From the IMG/VR virus record IMGVR_UViG_3300035498_001578: a stretch of 56,813 bases of DNA. One strand, given 5' to 3'. The DNA comes from an uncultured virus (IMG/VR IMGVR_UViG_3300035498_001578) (taxonomy: Duplodnaviria > Heunggongvirae > Uroviricota > Caudoviricetes). The notes under the pieces are model-generated. The model saw only the letters and a list, made by a program, of their open reading frames with translations. It had not been told where the DNA came from and ran no database searches. Positions 29,882 through 39,550 of the stretch are shown piece by piece. Each line of letters opens with the position of its first letter. Within the stretch, counting starts at the first letter, position 1. Made by a program: the position numbers and the translations under genes.

Positions 29882-32074
29882 ATGAATACAATGAACGAAG
29901 TTTTGTTACGTAGAAAAAATTCTTTTATTGTTACTGAAAAAGAATTTGCTTATGATTCATTTGTTGCAGCAAAAAATAAAGAAGATTTGCTTGACTTCTT
30001 AAATGAAGATAGTAAGTTAAAAGACCTCAATCACGAAAAGTTTAATAGCCTTGAAGAATTTTACATTGCTTTTGTACCTGACTATCTTGGTAAAAAAGAT
30101 GTTATTAATGATTGTAATGAATATTTCAAAAGATTAGGTTATACATTGGGTTCTTCTTTTGATGATTTAGCTTTTTATAAATTAGACCATATTAGAGATA
30201 CTCTTATGGAAGTTTATGATATTCTTAAATCTTTAAAGGGAGCTGATATTAATTATTCTACATTGAATGATATATCAACTGATACTGAATCAGAAGATAA
30301 TGTAGAGTTAATTAAATTAGAAAAGGCTACTTCTGATGATTATGCAAAAATCATCAAAAACCTTCTTAGCTCTAAAACCTCTTTATCTAATAAAGACTTA
30401 GAAGATATAAAGAACTCCGTTTCTGTTAATAGTAATATTATTCTTTCTATTAAGGAAATTCCTTTTAAAGAGAATCTTATTGCTGTTACTAAGCTCCTTA
30501 TGCAAAACGGTTTATCTTTATATACTACTAAGTGGTTTAATAATACGACTGATGTATTAAGACTTATTGTTGGTTTATCTGACGGTGATATTTCTTTAGT
30601 TACTCAGTGTCGTTTTAAGAACCTTAAAAATAGAGAAAAGAAATTTATCGTATCTTTATTAAATACTGTTGTTAAGAATAATAGCAATGCTTATGAAGAT
30701 ATGTATAAGAAGAAAAACCTTTGGATAACCGCAGCTTATAAATTAAATGTAGGTACTTTTAAACAGTATGATTATGCCCTTAAAGCTATTTCTATGCTTA
30801 GAAATGGTGAGCATATTGATACATTTATGGGTAAGGTTGATAATCTTATTAAGAATAATCAAATTATTCCTGCTGTTGATTTACTTAAAACAAGACCAGG
30901 AGAATTTGCAAGAAGATTAAATGAGTTTATCAATAAGCCTGACCTTACAGAAAAAGACCTTCATTATATTATGAATGTTTATAAAAATATCGTTAGTAAG
31001 TTAAGCTCTCCTGTTCTTATTTCTATTATTACATTCTTTAAGAATTATAATAAAGAAGGATTAAGAGTATTTAATGTAAAAGCTAATTCAAGTAAATCCT
31101 ATGCAGTCTTAAATACTTGTAATGATTTAAAGAGTAAATTTATTGATTATATCGTTCAGGTAAGCAATAATGCTCTTGTAAATCTTTATATGGAAAAAGA
31201 TTATATGGGCTACGTTTATTTATCTGATGAATTTAAAAACTTTGCAATTCCCAATACTTTAAGAACAAGTAATTCTACAAGTAGAATTGTTACAAGAGGC
31301 AGTAGGGAAAGTTTTGATTACGATAAATTAAGAGCTTTTATCCATTGGACTAATACAGAAGATGGTACAAGAATTGATGTAGACTTATCTTGTGGTTTGT
31401 TTACTGAAAACTTAACTTGTGTAGAATATGTTGATTTTACTCATTTAAAATGTGAGGGAATGAAACATTCAGGAGATATTACTGACGGTGGAGATTTCAA
31501 TGGTGAGGGTGCAGCTGAATTTATTGACATATATGTAGAAACTCTTAGGAAACATAATGTTAAATATATTGTTCCTCAGATTTATGTATTTTCAAAAATA
31601 CCATTTAGTCAATTAAATTGTACATTTGGATATACCAATGAACTTACAGGTAAGATAAATCCTAAGAATGTCTTTAATAAAATGGCTATAACGACCAACG
31701 AAATGAATATAGTACCATTTATTATGGATATTGAAACTAAGGAAATTATCTATGTAGATGCCCCTATTGCTCATTGTGATATGAAACAAAAGACTACACC
31801 AAAAACTCAGATGGTAGAAACTCATTTAAATTCATTGCAGGTTATTTTATATAACTTTATCCATACTAACAGAATGAGTATGTATGATTTAGTTAAATAT
31901 AATATTCAGGCAAGAGGAATTGAAACTGATGATATTTCTAACGCTGATGTTATCTTTACTAATAAACAAATAGATATTACGGAGCTTAACAAAAAGAGGG
32001 AAGAAAACAATCAACCTTTAATTAAAGTTATTACTCCTTATGATATTGATGAATTTGTTGGAGATTTATTGTAA
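29882..32074 (+). CDS. large protein with C-terminal TerD-like domain
   Basis: LLKTRPGEFARRL, W...RIDVDLS, HSGDITDG, GAAEFIDI motifs; start moved to ATG 29882. Confidence 0.75.
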   Translation: MNTMNEVLLRRKNSFIVTEKEFAYDSFVAAKNKEDLLDFLNEDSKLKDLNHEKFNSLEEFYIAFVPDYLGKKDVINDCNEYFKRLGYTLGSSFDDLAFYKLDHIRDTLMEVYDILKSLKGADINYSTLNDISTDTESEDNVELIKLEKATSDDYAKIIKNLLSSKTSLSNKDLEDIKNSVSVNSNIILSIKEIPFKENLIAVTKLLMQNGLSLYTTKWFNNTTDVLRLIVGLSDGDISLVTQCRFKNLKNREKKFIVSLLNTVVKNNSNAYEDMYKKKNLWITAAYKLNVGTFKQYDYALKAISMLRNGEHIDTFMGKVDNLIKNNQIIPAVDLLKTRPGEFARRLNEFINKPDLTEKDLHYIMNVYKNIVSKLSSPVLISIITFFKNYNKEGLRVFNVKANSSKSYAVLNTCNDLKSKFIDYIVQVSNNALVNLYMEKDYMGYVYLSDEFKNFAIPNTLRTSNSTSRIVTRGSRESFDYDKLRAFIHWTNTEDGTRIDVDLSCGLFTENLTCVEYVDFTHLKCEGMKHSGDITDGGDFNGEGAAEFIDIYVETLRKHNVKYIVPQIYVFSKIPFSQLNCTFGYTNELTGKINPKNVFNKMAITTNEMNIVPFIMDIETKEIIYVDAPIAHCDMKQKTTPKTQMVETHLNSLQVILYNFIHTNRMSMYDLVKYNIQARGIETDDISNADVIFTNKQIDITELNKKREENNQPLIKVITPYDIDEFVGDLL

Positions 32075-32276
32075 TACTTATACAAAAAAGGTGACTATTT
32101 TTTAGTCATCTTTTTTATTTAAAATGCTTGACAAAGAATAAAAAGTGTGGTATTATATAAGTACATTAAAAATGATTTTCAAATAAATATAAGGAGGTTA
32201 ATAAAAGTAAATAAAGAAAATCTAATTTATCAATTCTAAAAAACATTAATACTAAAAAACTAAAGGAGGACTTTTT

Positions 32277-33239
32277 ATGAATGATAATATGAATAATGTA
32301 AATAACGGTACGAATAATACAAACAATGGTATGAATAATGGCGTAAACAATATGATACCCAATGGTATGAAAAAATGCCCTACTTGTGGTAGTCCAATGG
32401 CAAAGACAGCAAAGAGTTGTCCAATATGTGGAGCTAAGAATAAGAATCCAACAGTACTAATAATTGCTATTATCGTTGGTGTTATTTTCCTTTTGTGTTG
32501 CTGTGGCGGTGGAATAACTATTATGAGCAGTAAAAGCGATACTTCTACTACAACAGGTACAAGTACTCCTGCAAGTAGCTCAGATAGTTTAGAAGATAAA
32601 AGTTCTACTGATGTTTCAACAGGAGAAACCAATTATGAAATTAGTAATACTAAGTTTGAATATTACACTAATTCAATTGGCAAAACAGAATATTATGGCA
32701 TTGTTGAAATAACGAACACAGGTAGTACAAATCTTTACCTTAAAGATTGTACATTTGATTTGGAAGATAATACAGGTCATCTTTTGCAGACAGAGGACTT
32801 TATTAGTTCAGCCCCTGATGTAATTAAGCCTGGTGAAAAAGGTTATTTCTACAACAATATAGGTTCTACTACTCTTGATGATGGTGTATCTGTTAGCAAT
32901 GGTATAAATTTAGTACCACAAGTTACTGTCGTAGAAGCAACAGGTGAAGCAACCGATTTGGAAGTAAGCGATACTGAATTAAAGTATGATAGCAATTATC
33001 CTGTTATCACAGGTAGAATTACAAATACCACGAACGAAGAACAAAATTGTTATGTACAAACAATTTTTTATGATAAAAATGGTGAGGTGTTGGCAATAAC
33101 AGGAACAAATGTTTACGATATCCCTGCTAATGGCAAAAAGAGTTTTGAAAACTCAGGTATGTTTATGAATGATAATGTAACTGCAAATACTGTTGGAGAT
33201 TATAAAACTATCGCACAGGTAAGTTATTATCAGTGGTAA
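32277..33239 (+). CDS. zinc-ribbon + transmembrane + FxLYD-like extracellular domain protein
   Basis: CPTCG...CPICG, a TM helix, Ser/Thr linker, and GxITN...FYDKNG type domains. Confidence 0.8.
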   Translation: MNDNMNNVNNGTNNTNNGMNNGVNNMIPNGMKKCPTCGSPMAKTAKSCPICGAKNKNPTVLIIAIIVGVIFLLCCCGGGITIMSSKSDTSTTTGTSTPASSSDSLEDKSSTDVSTGETNYEISNTKFEYYTNSIGKTEYYGIVEITNTGSTNLYLKDCTFDLEDNTGHLLQTEDFISSAPDVIKPGEKGYFYNNIGSTTLDDGVSVSNGINLVPQVTVVEATGEATDLEVSDTELKYDSNYPVITGRITNTTNEEQNCYVQTIFYDKNGEVLAITGTNVYDIPANGKKSFENSGMFMNDNVTANTVGDYKTIAQVSYYQW

Positions 33240-33294
33240 TACATATAAGAGGGAGATATAATTCTCCCTCTCTTTTTTAGAAAGGAGAATATAT

Positions 33295-33699
33295 ATGAAG
33301 AAATTTAACATAGAAGATAAATTGCTTTATTATTTAGGAATATTTTCAGTTGTAATAACAATTATTTTTTTTATTTTATCTAAGTATTTCATCATAGAAA
33401 CAAACTGTTTCTTAAAAACAAACTTTAATATATATTGTCCTTTATGTGGTGGCACAAGAGCTACTATATTATTGTTTCAAGGAGAGCTGTTAAAGAGTAT
33501 TTATTATAACCCTATTGTAATTTATACGATATTATTAGGAAGTATCTTTATGATTAAAAATACTATTGCTATTTTCTTTAATAAAATCAAGGTTTTTAGT
33601 ATTACTAACAAATATCTATATATATTCTTAATAATACTTACTCTAAATTTTCTTATTAAGAATTATTTCGTGGTATTTAAAAATATTTTTCTTATTTAA
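33295..33699 (+). CDS. DUF2752-like membrane protein
   Basis: C...CPLCGGTRA...G...S..YNP motif with TM helices. Confidence 0.85.
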   Translation: MKKFNIEDKLLYYLGIFSVVITIIFFILSKYFIIETNCFLKTNFNIYCPLCGGTRATILLFQGELLKSIYYNPIVIYTILLGSIFMIKNTIAIFFNKIKVFSITNKYLYIFLIILTLNFLIKNYFVVFKNIFLI

Positions 33700-33769
33700 A
33701 AATTTTTTAATTTACCTAATATAAAAACAATTATAAATAATATTTACTAAGTGACACTAAGTTTTTAGT

Positions 33770-33880
33770 GTTGTGATTGTGTTTTGTTGCTCCAATTTTG
33801 TTTCATAGTTGGGGTCCTCCTTAATAAAATAAAGTGGTTACAAGGAAAAAGAGTGCTGTTCGATGGCACTCTTTTTTTGT
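33770..33880 (+). ncRNA. candidate hairpin RNA with anti-ATG/anti-SD loop
   Basis: TTTCAT-N9-CCTCCTT inside an imperfect hairpin; terminator GAGTGC...GCACTC plus T tract. Confidence 0.45.
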
Positions 33881-33954
33881 TTTAAAAATACTTGACAAAA
33901 AAGAAAAAATATAGTATAATATACTTAATAAGAAAAATATAAAAATGATTTTAA

Positions 33955-34125
33955 CAAGCACCCTTGTTTTTAGAATATTCTAAAAATATGTTTCTGGTGA
34001 CTTCGGGCGATTTGCCGTCCGAAAGGTGAGGGTAATTCATTTCACATACCATTCAACACTTGTGATAGAATTTTAAGACTACACCAAAAAATGACGAGTA
34101 GTAGCCACCACTCACCAAATTCAAT
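33955..34125 (+). ncRNA. unidentified GC-enriched structured RNA
   Basis: Promoter 33892-33920; stems TTCGGGCG/CGTCCGAA, GGTGAG/CTCACC, TCACA/TGTGA, ACTAC/GTAGT; no ORF. Confidence 0.45.
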
Positions 34126-34552
34126 ATATAGTATATAATACTTTTTTATTTTTTTAGTTTTTTAAATTCTGTCGATGTATTGTAATGTAAAAATGCTAAG
34201 AGATTGACAGAAAATTAAAAACGCTTTATTTGCCTATGTTTTTGTGAAAATATAGTAAATAATAAATAAGAAATAATAATTGGAGGTAACTTTTCAATGA
34301 GTTCGACAAGATTAGTGTTTCAAATACTAACAAAATACACTATTGTATATTGAACGGGTATTAATACTAATATAGTGGAAAAGCAAAATAAGTTGATATA
34401 ATACCAGCGAATAAACAAATAACTGAATTTACTGTTACAGATACAGAATTAAAATATAAAAATAAAGTTCCTGTTGTTACAGGCAAAATAAATAATACTA
34501 ATAATACAGAACAAAATGTTTGTTTAAAAATCATATTCTATCGAATTTTAGG

Positions 34553-36169
34553 CAAGAGTACCCCCACTTCAAAAAATCGTTAGATTTTTAAGTGGGGGAT
34601 GAATTGCTTTTTTAATGGAAATATATTGAAAATATATTTATTTTAGTGTATAATAATTTTATAAATTTTTAAAGAAAGGAGGATATTTTAATGTATAAAA
34701 CTGATTGCATTATTGTTAAGAATGATGATAGTAATAAAAAATTAATAGAGTATTTTAAGGAAAATTGTAAAAATGCTAAGTTATTTAAAAATAGTGTTAT
34801 TTTTCGATTAAGACAACTTTTAACAGCTAGAAATAAAGAAAATAAAGATTTAAGTGATAATGAAATTCAAGTATTAAATGAATTTGAAGCTGTTAAAAGT
34901 AGTGAACATTCTAAATATTATAAGGATTTAAGAAAGAGTGGATTTCCTACTTATAATCTTATGGACGCTGTTTTTAAAGTAAACAATAATTCAGATTACT
35001 ATAATGATAATCCTATGCAAACTACTCAAAATATCATTAAAGAATGTTTAAATGATTTTAAATCTTATAATAATGCTAAAAAAGAATACATTAAAAATTC
35101 TTCTAAATTTACGGGAACGCCTAAACTTCCTGGTTATATTAAAACTGATGAAATCAGTTTTGATATAACGAATCAAGATGCCGTTGTTTATAAAAGAGAT
35201 GATGGTACTTTTTATCTTAAATTACCTAAAACTAAATTAGTTTTAAATTTAGGTAAAAGAGAAATATCTAACTTAAAAGAAGTAACCGTAACACCTTACT
35301 ACGATACATACAAAGTATGTATCGTTAGTGAAGTGGATATAAATAAAAATTATGATTTAGATGAATCTAAAATCATAGGAATTGATTTAGGTGTAGATAA
35401 TTTTCTAACTATAAGTAATAATTGTGGATTAAATCCATTTATTATTAATGGGAAAATTCTTAAATCTAAAAATCAATTTTTTAATAAAGTTACTTCCGAT
35501 TTAAAGAGCAAACTCCCTTTAGGAGTTTATTCTTCTAAAAGATTAGAACATATTCATAAATATCGTTCTAATTATATGAATGATGCTATACATAAGATTT
35601 CTACTTATATTATAAGTTATTGTTTAACTAATAAGATAGGTACTATTGTGGTAGGAAAAAATGGCTCTTGGAAACAAGAGTCTAATATTGGTACAATAAA
35701 TAACCAAAATTTTTGTTTCCTACCACATAGTACTTTTATTTCTAAACTTAAATATAAATGTGAAATGTATAATATTAAGTTTATACTTAATGAGGAATCT
35801 TATACATCTAAATCTTCCTTTTTAGATAATGACTTTATTCCTACTTATAAAAAAGATAATACTACTAATTATACTTTTAGTGGTAAAAGAGTATATAGAG
35901 GTTTATATATATCTAAAGAAGGAATTAAACTTAATGCTGATGTAAACGGAGCTTCTAATATAATAAAAAAAGCAGTTGACACTGCTTTTGAAAATATTAA
36001 AGATTTTAGCTATCTTTACTCAAAAATAGAAAGAATCAACATTTATTAAAAGTAATTCGAGTAACATCGAATAGATGGGTGGGTGGACACCCTAAAACTC
36101 AGTTCCTGAGTTTTAGAAACTCCCACTTCAAATTGAGGCAAAGCCTCAATTAAGTGGTGAGTTATTCAT
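34553..36169 (+). mobile_element. IS200/IS605-family non-autonomous element (tnpB only, IS1341-like)
   Basis: Subterminal hairpins CCCCCACTT...AAGTGGGGG (34561-34598) and CCCACTTC...AAGTGG near 36122-36156, TTCA(T) right end; removal restores the flanking frame; ends +/-1 nt. Confidence 0.85.
34691..36049 (+). CDS. tnpB: RNA-guided endonuclease TnpB
   Basis: PKLPGY, GIDLGVDN, IVVGKN...WKQ, EESYTSK, RGLY, NADVNGA motifs. Confidence 0.93.
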   Translation: MYKTDCIIVKNDDSNKKLIEYFKENCKNAKLFKNSVIFRLRQLLTARNKENKDLSDNEIQVLNEFEAVKSSEHSKYYKDLRKSGFPTYNLMDAVFKVNNNSDYYNDNPMQTTQNIIKECLNDFKSYNNAKKEYIKNSSKFTGTPKLPGYIKTDEISFDITNQDAVVYKRDDGTFYLKLPKTKLVLNLGKREISNLKEVTVTPYYDTYKVCIVSEVDINKNYDLDESKIIGIDLGVDNFLTISNNCGLNPFIINGKILKSKNQFFNKVTSDLKSKLPLGVYSSKRLEHIHKYRSNYMNDAIHKISTYIISYCLTNKIGTIVVGKNGSWKQESNIGTINNQNFCFLPHSTFISKLKYKCEMYNIKFILNEESYTSKSSFLDNDFIPTYKKDNTTNYTFSGKRVYRGLYISKEGIKLNADVNGASNIIKKAVDTAFENIKDFSYLYSKIERINIY

Positions 36170-36379
36170 TAGTGATACGACTATTACTATTCCTAAGAAT
36201 TGCAAACGACCTTTTGAAATAAAAGGCTTTTATATAAAGAATAGAGTAGAGCAAGATATAATAAGTAATTATAAAGTATTTGCCCAAGGTAATTATTTTC
36301 AATAAGTTGTATAAATAAGGAAAAATAAGCATATAATATAAATATCTTATTAAACACTTTAAAAAGGAGATATTTAATT

Positions 36380-36790
36380 ATGCTTAGTATTAATGAAGTT
36401 GAAAGTATTACAAATGAATTTAAAAATTATCTAATAGACAATTACGTAGAAAAAGAAAAACCATCTAATATATCTTTATCAGAGATAATAAATGGTTTAA
36501 TAACAGATAAAAATATTAATTTAGAATGGTGGAGTGGATATAAGAAAAGAATTAAATCAGGAGATATTGTTTATATACCTAATATTAAAAAATTTGGTAT
36601 ATTTATTTGCCCTGCGGTTAAGAAAGATAAGTTAAGAATTAGGTTGCTTAAAAATGATGATAAAAATAGCGTTTATTCTACAGATTGGTTCTTTAATTAT
36701 GATGAAATAAAAATTGTTAAGCATAATAATAAATTAAGTAGAAACTTTACAGAAACAGAAGATAATTTTATTTATAAATATGCTCAATAA
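36380..36790 (+). CDS. hypothetical protein (possible KOW/SH3-like segment)
   Basis: AAGGAG RBS; IKSGDIVYIP motif. Confidence 0.7.
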   Translation: MLSINEVESITNEFKNYLIDNYVEKEKPSNISLSEIINGLITDKNINLEWWSGYKKRIKSGDIVYIPNIKKFGIFICPAVKKDKLRIRLLKNDDKNSVYSTDWFFNYDEIKIVKHNNKLSRNFTETEDNFIYKYAQ

Positions 36791-36804
36791 TTTTTTAAAA
36801 ACTA

Positions 36805-36833
36805 TTGACAAAAGATTGAAAGTGTGATATAAT
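36805..36833 (+). promoter_or_regulatory. sigma-A promoter of RNA module B
   Basis: TTGACA-N17-TATAAT, extended -10. Confidence 0.85.
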
Positions 36834-36837
36834 ATAA

Positions 36838-37020
36838 CTGTTCTTGAAAAAGAGAACGGTAGGGGAATTTCAACTCCTTCCTTAAATATTGTCGTTAATG
36901 GATAACAGAGGTGTCCTTGACAATAAAATTTATTGGGAATTGTTTTCAATTACAGCCTACTTTCGAGTGGCGTAGAAGGAAATTTGTGTACCAATAAAAT
37001 ATATATTATATAGTTGCAAA
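36838..37020 (+). ncRNA. tracrRNA-like scaffold RNA, copy B
   Basis: Homologous to 39551-39730 with compensatory changes; ATTTCAA (36867-36873) and AATATATATTATATAGTTGCAA (36998-37019) complementary to array-B repeat. Confidence 0.75.
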
Positions 37021-37031
37021 TAATTATATAA

Positions 37032-37216
37032 GTGCGAATCTTAAAAAAGAATATTGTTTTTATATGTTTAAAAATTAGATTCGCACCTGTAATTCTGCAC
37101 AAAATTCAATATTTTTTTAATGGTAAATGATTTTTATAAAAAGTTATTTACTTATTAGTTGTTTATTATAACAAAGCAAAACTTAAAAATTGAATATTTT
37201 TTTGTGCAATATCGCA
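37032..37216 (+). promoter_or_regulatory. type I-C-like CRISPR leader, copy B
   Basis: Inverted repeat GTGCGAATCT/AGATTCGCAC ending 131 nt before repeat 1; TTTGTGCAATATCGCA junction. Confidence 0.7.
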
Positions 37217-37367
37217 GTTGCAACTTATATATGTGTATATATTGAAATAAATTCCATATAAGCTTTTTTTTGGTAAGCCTGTAATGTTGCAATTTATATA
37301 TGTATGTATATTGAAATATATCATCAGTTAAGGATGCACTACTTGACAACAACGTTGCAACTTATAT
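37217..37367 (+). CRISPR. mini CRISPR array B: two 32-bp repeats + one truncated repeat, 2 spacers (37, 36 bp)
   Basis: GTTGCAACTTATATATGTGTATATATTGAAAT at 37217, variant at 37286, 14-nt partial at 37354. Confidence 0.85.
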
Positions 37368-37466
37368 TGCAATTTGATAAAATTAAAATAAAATTTTTAT
37401 TATTTTGTTTAATATTTCTCTTTATTTATATATATAAATATATGAAAACAAAAAGGGAGGTAGAAA

Positions 37467-37685
37467 ATGATGACAATAACTTTTAATAATATTCAAACAG
37501 TTAAGGATTTTGTAAATACGACTAATAAATGTAACGGTGATGTTGAAGTAAAATCCGATAGATATGTAGTAGACGGTAAGTCTATTATGGGTCTTTTCTC
37601 TTTAGACTTTTCTTTACCAGTAGAGGTTGTTACTCATAATCCTGATGACTTGAAAACAATTAAAGATTTCATAAATACATTGTAA
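37467..37685 (+). CDS. HPr-like phosphocarrier-fold protein (Ser46-type motif present, His15 motif absent)
   Basis: VDGKSIMGLFSL motif; 72 aa; GGGAGG RBS. Confidence 0.85.
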   Translation: MMTITFNNIQTVKDFVNTTNKCNGDVEVKSDRYVVDGKSIMGLFSLDFSLPVEVVTHNPDDLKTIKDFINTL

Positions 37686-37798
37686 TTTATTTAATTGATT
37701 ATACATTTTGCCATTTTGTAATAATCCTCCTTGCAAATAAATTACAATTTATAAAGAGCTTAGTTTTAATACTAAGTTCTTTTTTTTATTAAAAATAC

Positions 37799-37827
37799 TT
37801 GACAAATAATAAAATTTATGATATAAT
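37799..37827 (+). promoter_or_regulatory. sigma-A promoter of the effector gene
   Basis: TTGACA-N17-TATAAT, extended -10. Confidence 0.85.
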
Positions 37828-37862
37828 ATAAACAAATAAAAACATTAAAGGAGGAAACAAAA

Positions 37863-39506
37863 ATGGCTAAATCAAAGAAAGAACCTTGTTTTACAATAGA
37901 AATACCATTGAATCTTGAAAAATTCCAAATTGATTTTTTAAATAAAAAATTGGAGTCTTGTAGAAAAATATATAATGCTTTGCTTAATGTAACTTCAAGA
38001 AGGTTTGAAGAAATGAAAAGAACAAAAAGATATAGATATGCTAATGAACTTCTTGATAAACATAAAATATCTACAAAATTAGAAAGTATATCATATAGAG
38101 GTATTATTAGTAAATTGCAAAAAGAAGAAAAGGAAATTGAAAAAAAGTTAAAGGATAAGAATTTATCACAAGAAGATAGAGTTTCTTTGACCAAACAAAA
38201 AGATAATATCTCTATAAAAACACAAGATATTGCAGAAGCTGATAAAATTAAAAATGATTTGTTGAAAGAATATAAAATTTCACAAAATATTTTTTACCAA
38301 GATTTGAAAGAAATCTATAAAAAATTTAATATTAATTCTAAGACAGCAGAAGGCGTTAAAGACAATCTTTGGAGAGCTTATGACAGTATTTTATATGGAA
38401 AAGGTGAAGAATTTCATCATAAAAGATATGGTACTTTCAATACTATGATTGGTAGTCGTAATAATAAAACTATTGAATTAAAGCTTGATAAAAATTGCAT
38501 AACATTTATGGGAAAAGATTATCCTATTAAATTGCCAAAAAATAACGAATATATTAATGAGGGATTAAAACACGAAATAAAAATGTGTAGAATTGTTCGT
38601 AAGAATATAAAAAAGAAAGATAGATTTTTTGTACAGGTAATTTTGATAGGTTATCCACCTACAAAATGCAATCGCCTTATGGGTAATGGTAAGGTTGGTA
38701 TTGATATTGGCACTCAAACTATTGCAGTATCTAGTGATAGAGAATTAAAATTGGAAGAGCTTGCAAAAGGAGCACAAGATATTCAAAATCAGCTCAGAAT
38801 AATTAACAGAAAAATGGATAGAAGTAGAAGAGCTACTAACCCTGATAACTTTAATGAAGATGGAACTTTTGTTACATTAAAAGAAGGAGAAAAGCGTAAG
38901 TGGAAACAATCAAACAACTATAAAAAATTAGCAGCTGAAAGAAAAGAACTTTTCAGAAAACAAGCCGATTTAAGAACACTTTCACACGAAACACTTGCTA
39001 ACGAAATTATTGGAATGGGCGATGAGTTTTATGTAGAAGATATGGATTTCAAAGCATTACAGAAAAAGGCTAAAAAGACTACTAAAAATTCTAAGGGTAA
39101 GTTTAACCGTAAAAAGAGGTTTGGTAAATCTTTGGCTAATAAAGCTCCTTCAAAGGCATTGGATATCTTAAATAGGAAACTTGGTTATTTCAATAAAGAA
39201 CTTATTAAAATAAACACTAAAAAAGCTAAAGCAAGTCAATATAACCACGTAGATAATACTTACGTTAAAATGCCATTAAGCAAAAGGTCTAAAACTATTG
39301 ATGGTAAAAAGTATCAACGTGACTTATATGCAGCTTATTGTATTAGTCACATCAATCCTGATTTGGAAACTTTTAATAGGCAGGAATGTATTAACGGTTT
39401 TGCTAATTTCGATAAAATGCACGATGAAGTAATCAGAGAGCTTAAAAATGATAATTCTACCCATAAGGTATCAAGTTTAGGGTTGAAAGATTTTTCAGAA
39501 TTATAA
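37863..39506 (+). CDS. CRISPR-associated TnpB/Cas12f-like type V effector (547 aa)
   Basis: RuvC-I VGIDIG, RuvC-II FYVEDMDF, RuvC-III QRDLYAA; TnpB-like N-terminus (CRKIYNALL); no CxxC pair; flanked by two arrays; no IS hairpin ends seen. Confidence 0.82.
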   Translation: MAKSKKEPCFTIEIPLNLEKFQIDFLNKKLESCRKIYNALLNVTSRRFEEMKRTKRYRYANELLDKHKISTKLESISYRGIISKLQKEEKEIEKKLKDKNLSQEDRVSLTKQKDNISIKTQDIAEADKIKNDLLKEYKISQNIFYQDLKEIYKKFNINSKTAEGVKDNLWRAYDSILYGKGEEFHHKRYGTFNTMIGSRNNKTIELKLDKNCITFMGKDYPIKLPKNNEYINEGLKHEIKMCRIVRKNIKKKDRFFVQVILIGYPPTKCNRLMGNGKVGIDIGTQTIAVSSDRELKLEELAKGAQDIQNQLRIINRKMDRSRRATNPDNFNEDGTFVTLKEGEKRKWKQSNNYKKLAAERKELFRKQADLRTLSHETLANEIIGMGDEFYVEDMDFKALQKKAKKTTKNSKGKFNRKKRFGKSLANKAPSKALDILNRKLGYFNKELIKINTKKAKASQYNHVDNTYVKMPLSKRSKTIDGKKYQRDLYAAYCISHINPDLETFNRQECINGFANFDKMHDEVIRELKNDNSTHKVSSLGLKDFSEL

Positions 39507-39517
39507 TTTAAAAACTA

Positions 39518-39546
39518 TTGACAAAGTTTAAAAAGTATGGTATAAT
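39518..39546 (+). promoter_or_regulatory. sigma-A promoter of RNA module A
   Basis: TTGACA-N17-TATAAT, extended -10, 11 nt after the effector stop. Confidence 0.85.
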
Positions 39547-39550
39547 ATAA

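Larger units (their letters stand above)
34390..36304 (+). pseudogene. truncated FxLYD-like paralog of 32277..33239, split by the tnpB element
   Basis: TEFTVTDTELKYKNKVPVVTGKINNTNNTEQNVCLKIIFY before the IS and IPKNCKRPFEIKGFYIK...YKVFAQGNYFQ* after it align with the C-terminus of 32277; in-frame stop upstream. Confidence 0.75.

Noticed and set aside
33993..34025. Possible hammerhead core (CTGGTGA...GAAA)
   Set aside because: Core is not CTGANGA and no stem I/III with a cleavage triplet was found
37340..37349. Spacer B2 contains TACTTGACAA, matching many phage -35 boxes
   Set aside because: Only 10 nt; the rest of the spacer matches nothing, so self-targeting is unsupported
34691..37367. 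The IS-borne TnpB as the effector of mini-array B
   Set aside because: It has its own IS ends and interrupts a gene; module B is homologous to the module directly after the 547-aa protein
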